64,000 bases of DNA from Magallana gigas (lineage: Eukaryota). The stretch lies in contig NC_088858.1 of assembly GCF_963853765.1 (NCBI RefSeq), positions 8,680,001 to 8,744,000 of the forward strand, written 5' to 3'. Below the pieces are notes generated by a model. The model worked only from the letters and a program-made list of their open reading frames with translations, had not been told where the DNA came from and ran no database searches. The position numbers and the translations under genes were made by a program. Of the stretch, positions 61,536 to 64,000 are shown piece after piece; position 1 is the first letter of the stretch; each line of letters opens with the position of its first letter.

Positions 61536-62361
61536 CAAATAACAAAAATTGTCTATGTCCTGAATGATTTCCTTGTGTATGTCTTTATGTTGTTTTGAAA
61601 ATGATGTAAATACTTGCCTCAAAAGCGATAAACCATAAATAAAATAATATTAAAGTAGGATTGGTCAGACACTTGTTCTGTCATTTAATGATTTAGGTCA
61701 TTGGGATAGAGAACATTTAAATTTGACTGCATATTGTCTCTGTAACGTTGTTCCTGTCAAAACAAACATGTCAGACCGAGACGGTGACCCAAATTTTGTG
61801 TTTAATTTCCATGTTCAGTGACTTCTGAATAATATTTGATTTAAAAGGACTTGGCTAATTTGTTTTTCATAACATTGTTTATTTGTATTACATAGTACAG
61901 GTATGTATAGATTCATCATACATGTTACTGATAGGATGAATTATGATATGCCTAATGTCAGATGTAAATACATGGTACATGGTATATGAACAGATAAGGT
62001 TAAAATGGTTAGATACTGCTGTTCACATTATATGGTTGTTCCAAGTATGTTTCAGTAGTACATGTATAGGTGTCTCTTTGTAATAACACATTGTGGTATT
62101 CATCATCATAAGTAGATATTCTTCTGACTAGTCAAATTTTTTACAACAGTTATAAAAAAAATTAATGTATGCTTCCATTTTGACATTTACAGAGCGTTAG
62201 ATTCAGCAGTAATATTTGTAGATAAAGAAAAATACACTGACATAGCATCCTTGTAAAAATTATGTAATCTATTCCAGTAATATAGAAAATTATTCAGTCT
62301 TATTTGGAAAGTATAACCTTGGCCATTCGTATGTTTCAGAGTTTGAGACAGGGACACCAGC

Positions 62362-63769
62362 ATGTTTAAAGTTGCGGCCAAGTTTGTCCATGTGACCAAT
62401 GATGGGGTGAGGGTGGCCCGGCGAGCGGTGGGGACCTACACGCGGTACGCCTACTTCTCCCTCACCGACAGGAAGGGGAGACAACATGGAGAGGGCTCGC
62501 TGAAGAACATCAGGCCCTACGAACCCAAGTATGACTTGGAGTATGACTCTCCGGAGGACTACCTCCTCTCACAGGTTAGAGAAATCAGTGTATTTAAGCT
62601 GTTCTGCTGTTTAATTCTATTAGCAATATTCAAGGTATCTTAGAAAACTTTGTTTAATATGTACTGGTAATTAATATCTTTTTTTTTTTTTTTTTAGAGT
62701 TTCTTGTAATTATGAATCATTTTGCAATATGATCTTCAACCTATGTGAAAAATAATGGATTTTTTTTTTAATGCTTGACCAAAAGCACTATATATTAAGA
62801 TGATTAAATTTCAATGTCAGACTACCAATTTTTGCATTAGAATTGAAAATAAATTGTAACTATGAACTTGTAAAGCTGTGATAAAACATTCTTGCTTAAA
62901 CCAATGTTGCATTTAAAATACATCAATTTACAGTAAAAGCCACAAAAAATGTTTCATTTCTCAGGCCCTGCTGCATCAGGTTAAATTATTTGCCTCTGAT
63001 TATTTTTTTTTTGGCCATATTGTATATTAAATATCTCAATTTTAAGTTGAAATAAGATATTAAACTAGTCCTTATTGTAAACCTTGCAATAAAAATAAAA
63101 TACACGGCAGCTGTATAAAATTTTTAAATTTCTGGTTGAGATTCAAAAGATTAATTTTTTTTAGCTTGAAAAACAAGTACATGTATTCACCAGCTGACAT
63201 TTTTTTTTTCATCAGTGGAGCACCAACCCCTGGCCCTACTTATACTACCGGGTACTGATGGCGTGTTATTTTGTCTTCATGGTATTCTACACAGCCATCG
63301 TAGGGACACTGAAAGCCAAAATGCTGATCATGCTTACTTACTGGTCATTCTACATCCTGACCGCTTGCCAGATTCTCAGGGCCGTCAACGTATGGCACTT
63401 CATCCAACTCAAGAACCGCAATCATGGTCAGTTGTCATTTATGTGGGCAAGATAATCATCAAAGTGCAATAAGTTGTTAAATCCTTATTTGGTTTGGTAT
63501 TTAAACATTAATGTTGCAATGTTATGTGATGAAAAATTGAAAGAATACCAATGTATAATTTTAAAGAAGTACATGTACTACGTAATTCATTAATGAAAAA
63601 AAGAGAGAATAGCATCTTATAAGGAATTTACATTACAAATTCTGATTTACAGATATTCAGGAAAAGTTGAAAGGAAGTCGTAGAATCAAATGTCAGTGGC
63701 TGTTGTATAACCTAAGTGCAGGGTCTGCTCCTATAGTAACCTTCTTGTTCTGGACTATCGCTTATGATG
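62362..63769 (+). CDS. Rolling stone-like multipass membrane protein, 5' partial (continues past the window)
   Basis: Exons 62362-62574, 63216-63426, 63653-63769 in phase. YLLSQ|WSTNPWPYLYYR, MLIMLTYW and QWLLYNLSAGSAPIVTFLFW match my recollection of rolling stone family motifs; no search run. Confidence 0.75.
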
Positions 63770-64000
63770 GTGGGTAGATTTGAATGCAGTCTTAACTGAT
63801 GAATACTTTGATTAATTTTTATGCTAATGATAATTTTTATTCATTAATTTTTATGCTAATGATAATTTTAATTCATAACAAACATTTCATTCGTAACACA
63901 GTAAGTTTGATGTATTTACAATACATACGATTGATTACGACATGCATATGTTTCATCAAATAAAACATCCAATTGCTTAATGCAAGGTTAGATCTGATAT

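Overview
AT-rich, intron-containing animal genomic DNA, most likely oyster (Crassostrea/Magallana). This is inferred from a ~166-168 bp satellite resembling Cg170 and from HINE/Kolobok-type repeats. Protein genes were assembled by hand from splice signals and reading phase: (1) + strand, 12 exons, ~697 aa secreted protein with the layout signal peptide-Ig-Ig-Ig-Frizzled CRD-Ig-Ig-S/T stalk-GPI-type tail (19819-39867); (2-4) three tandem + strand universal stress protein (USP) genes with identical intron phases (41679-54332); (5) a - strand mannose-6-phosphate-receptor/ATG27-like type I membrane protein (55158-57318); (6) the 5' part of a + strand rolling-stone-like multipass membrane protein (from 62362). 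The first intron of gene 1 holds an ~8 kb Penelope-like retroelement (PLE) composite (24373-32346). It has one intact copy with TWO ORFs: a coiled-coil ORF1, and an RT + GIY-YIG ORF that has no AUG near its start and overlaps ORF1 in the -1 frame at a U_UUU_UUG slippery site. It also has two 5'-truncated copies joined head-to-head and three minimal type-I hammerhead ribozymes. The rest is MITEs, a SINE, satellites and microsatellites. All of this was read by eye; no database search or folding program was run.
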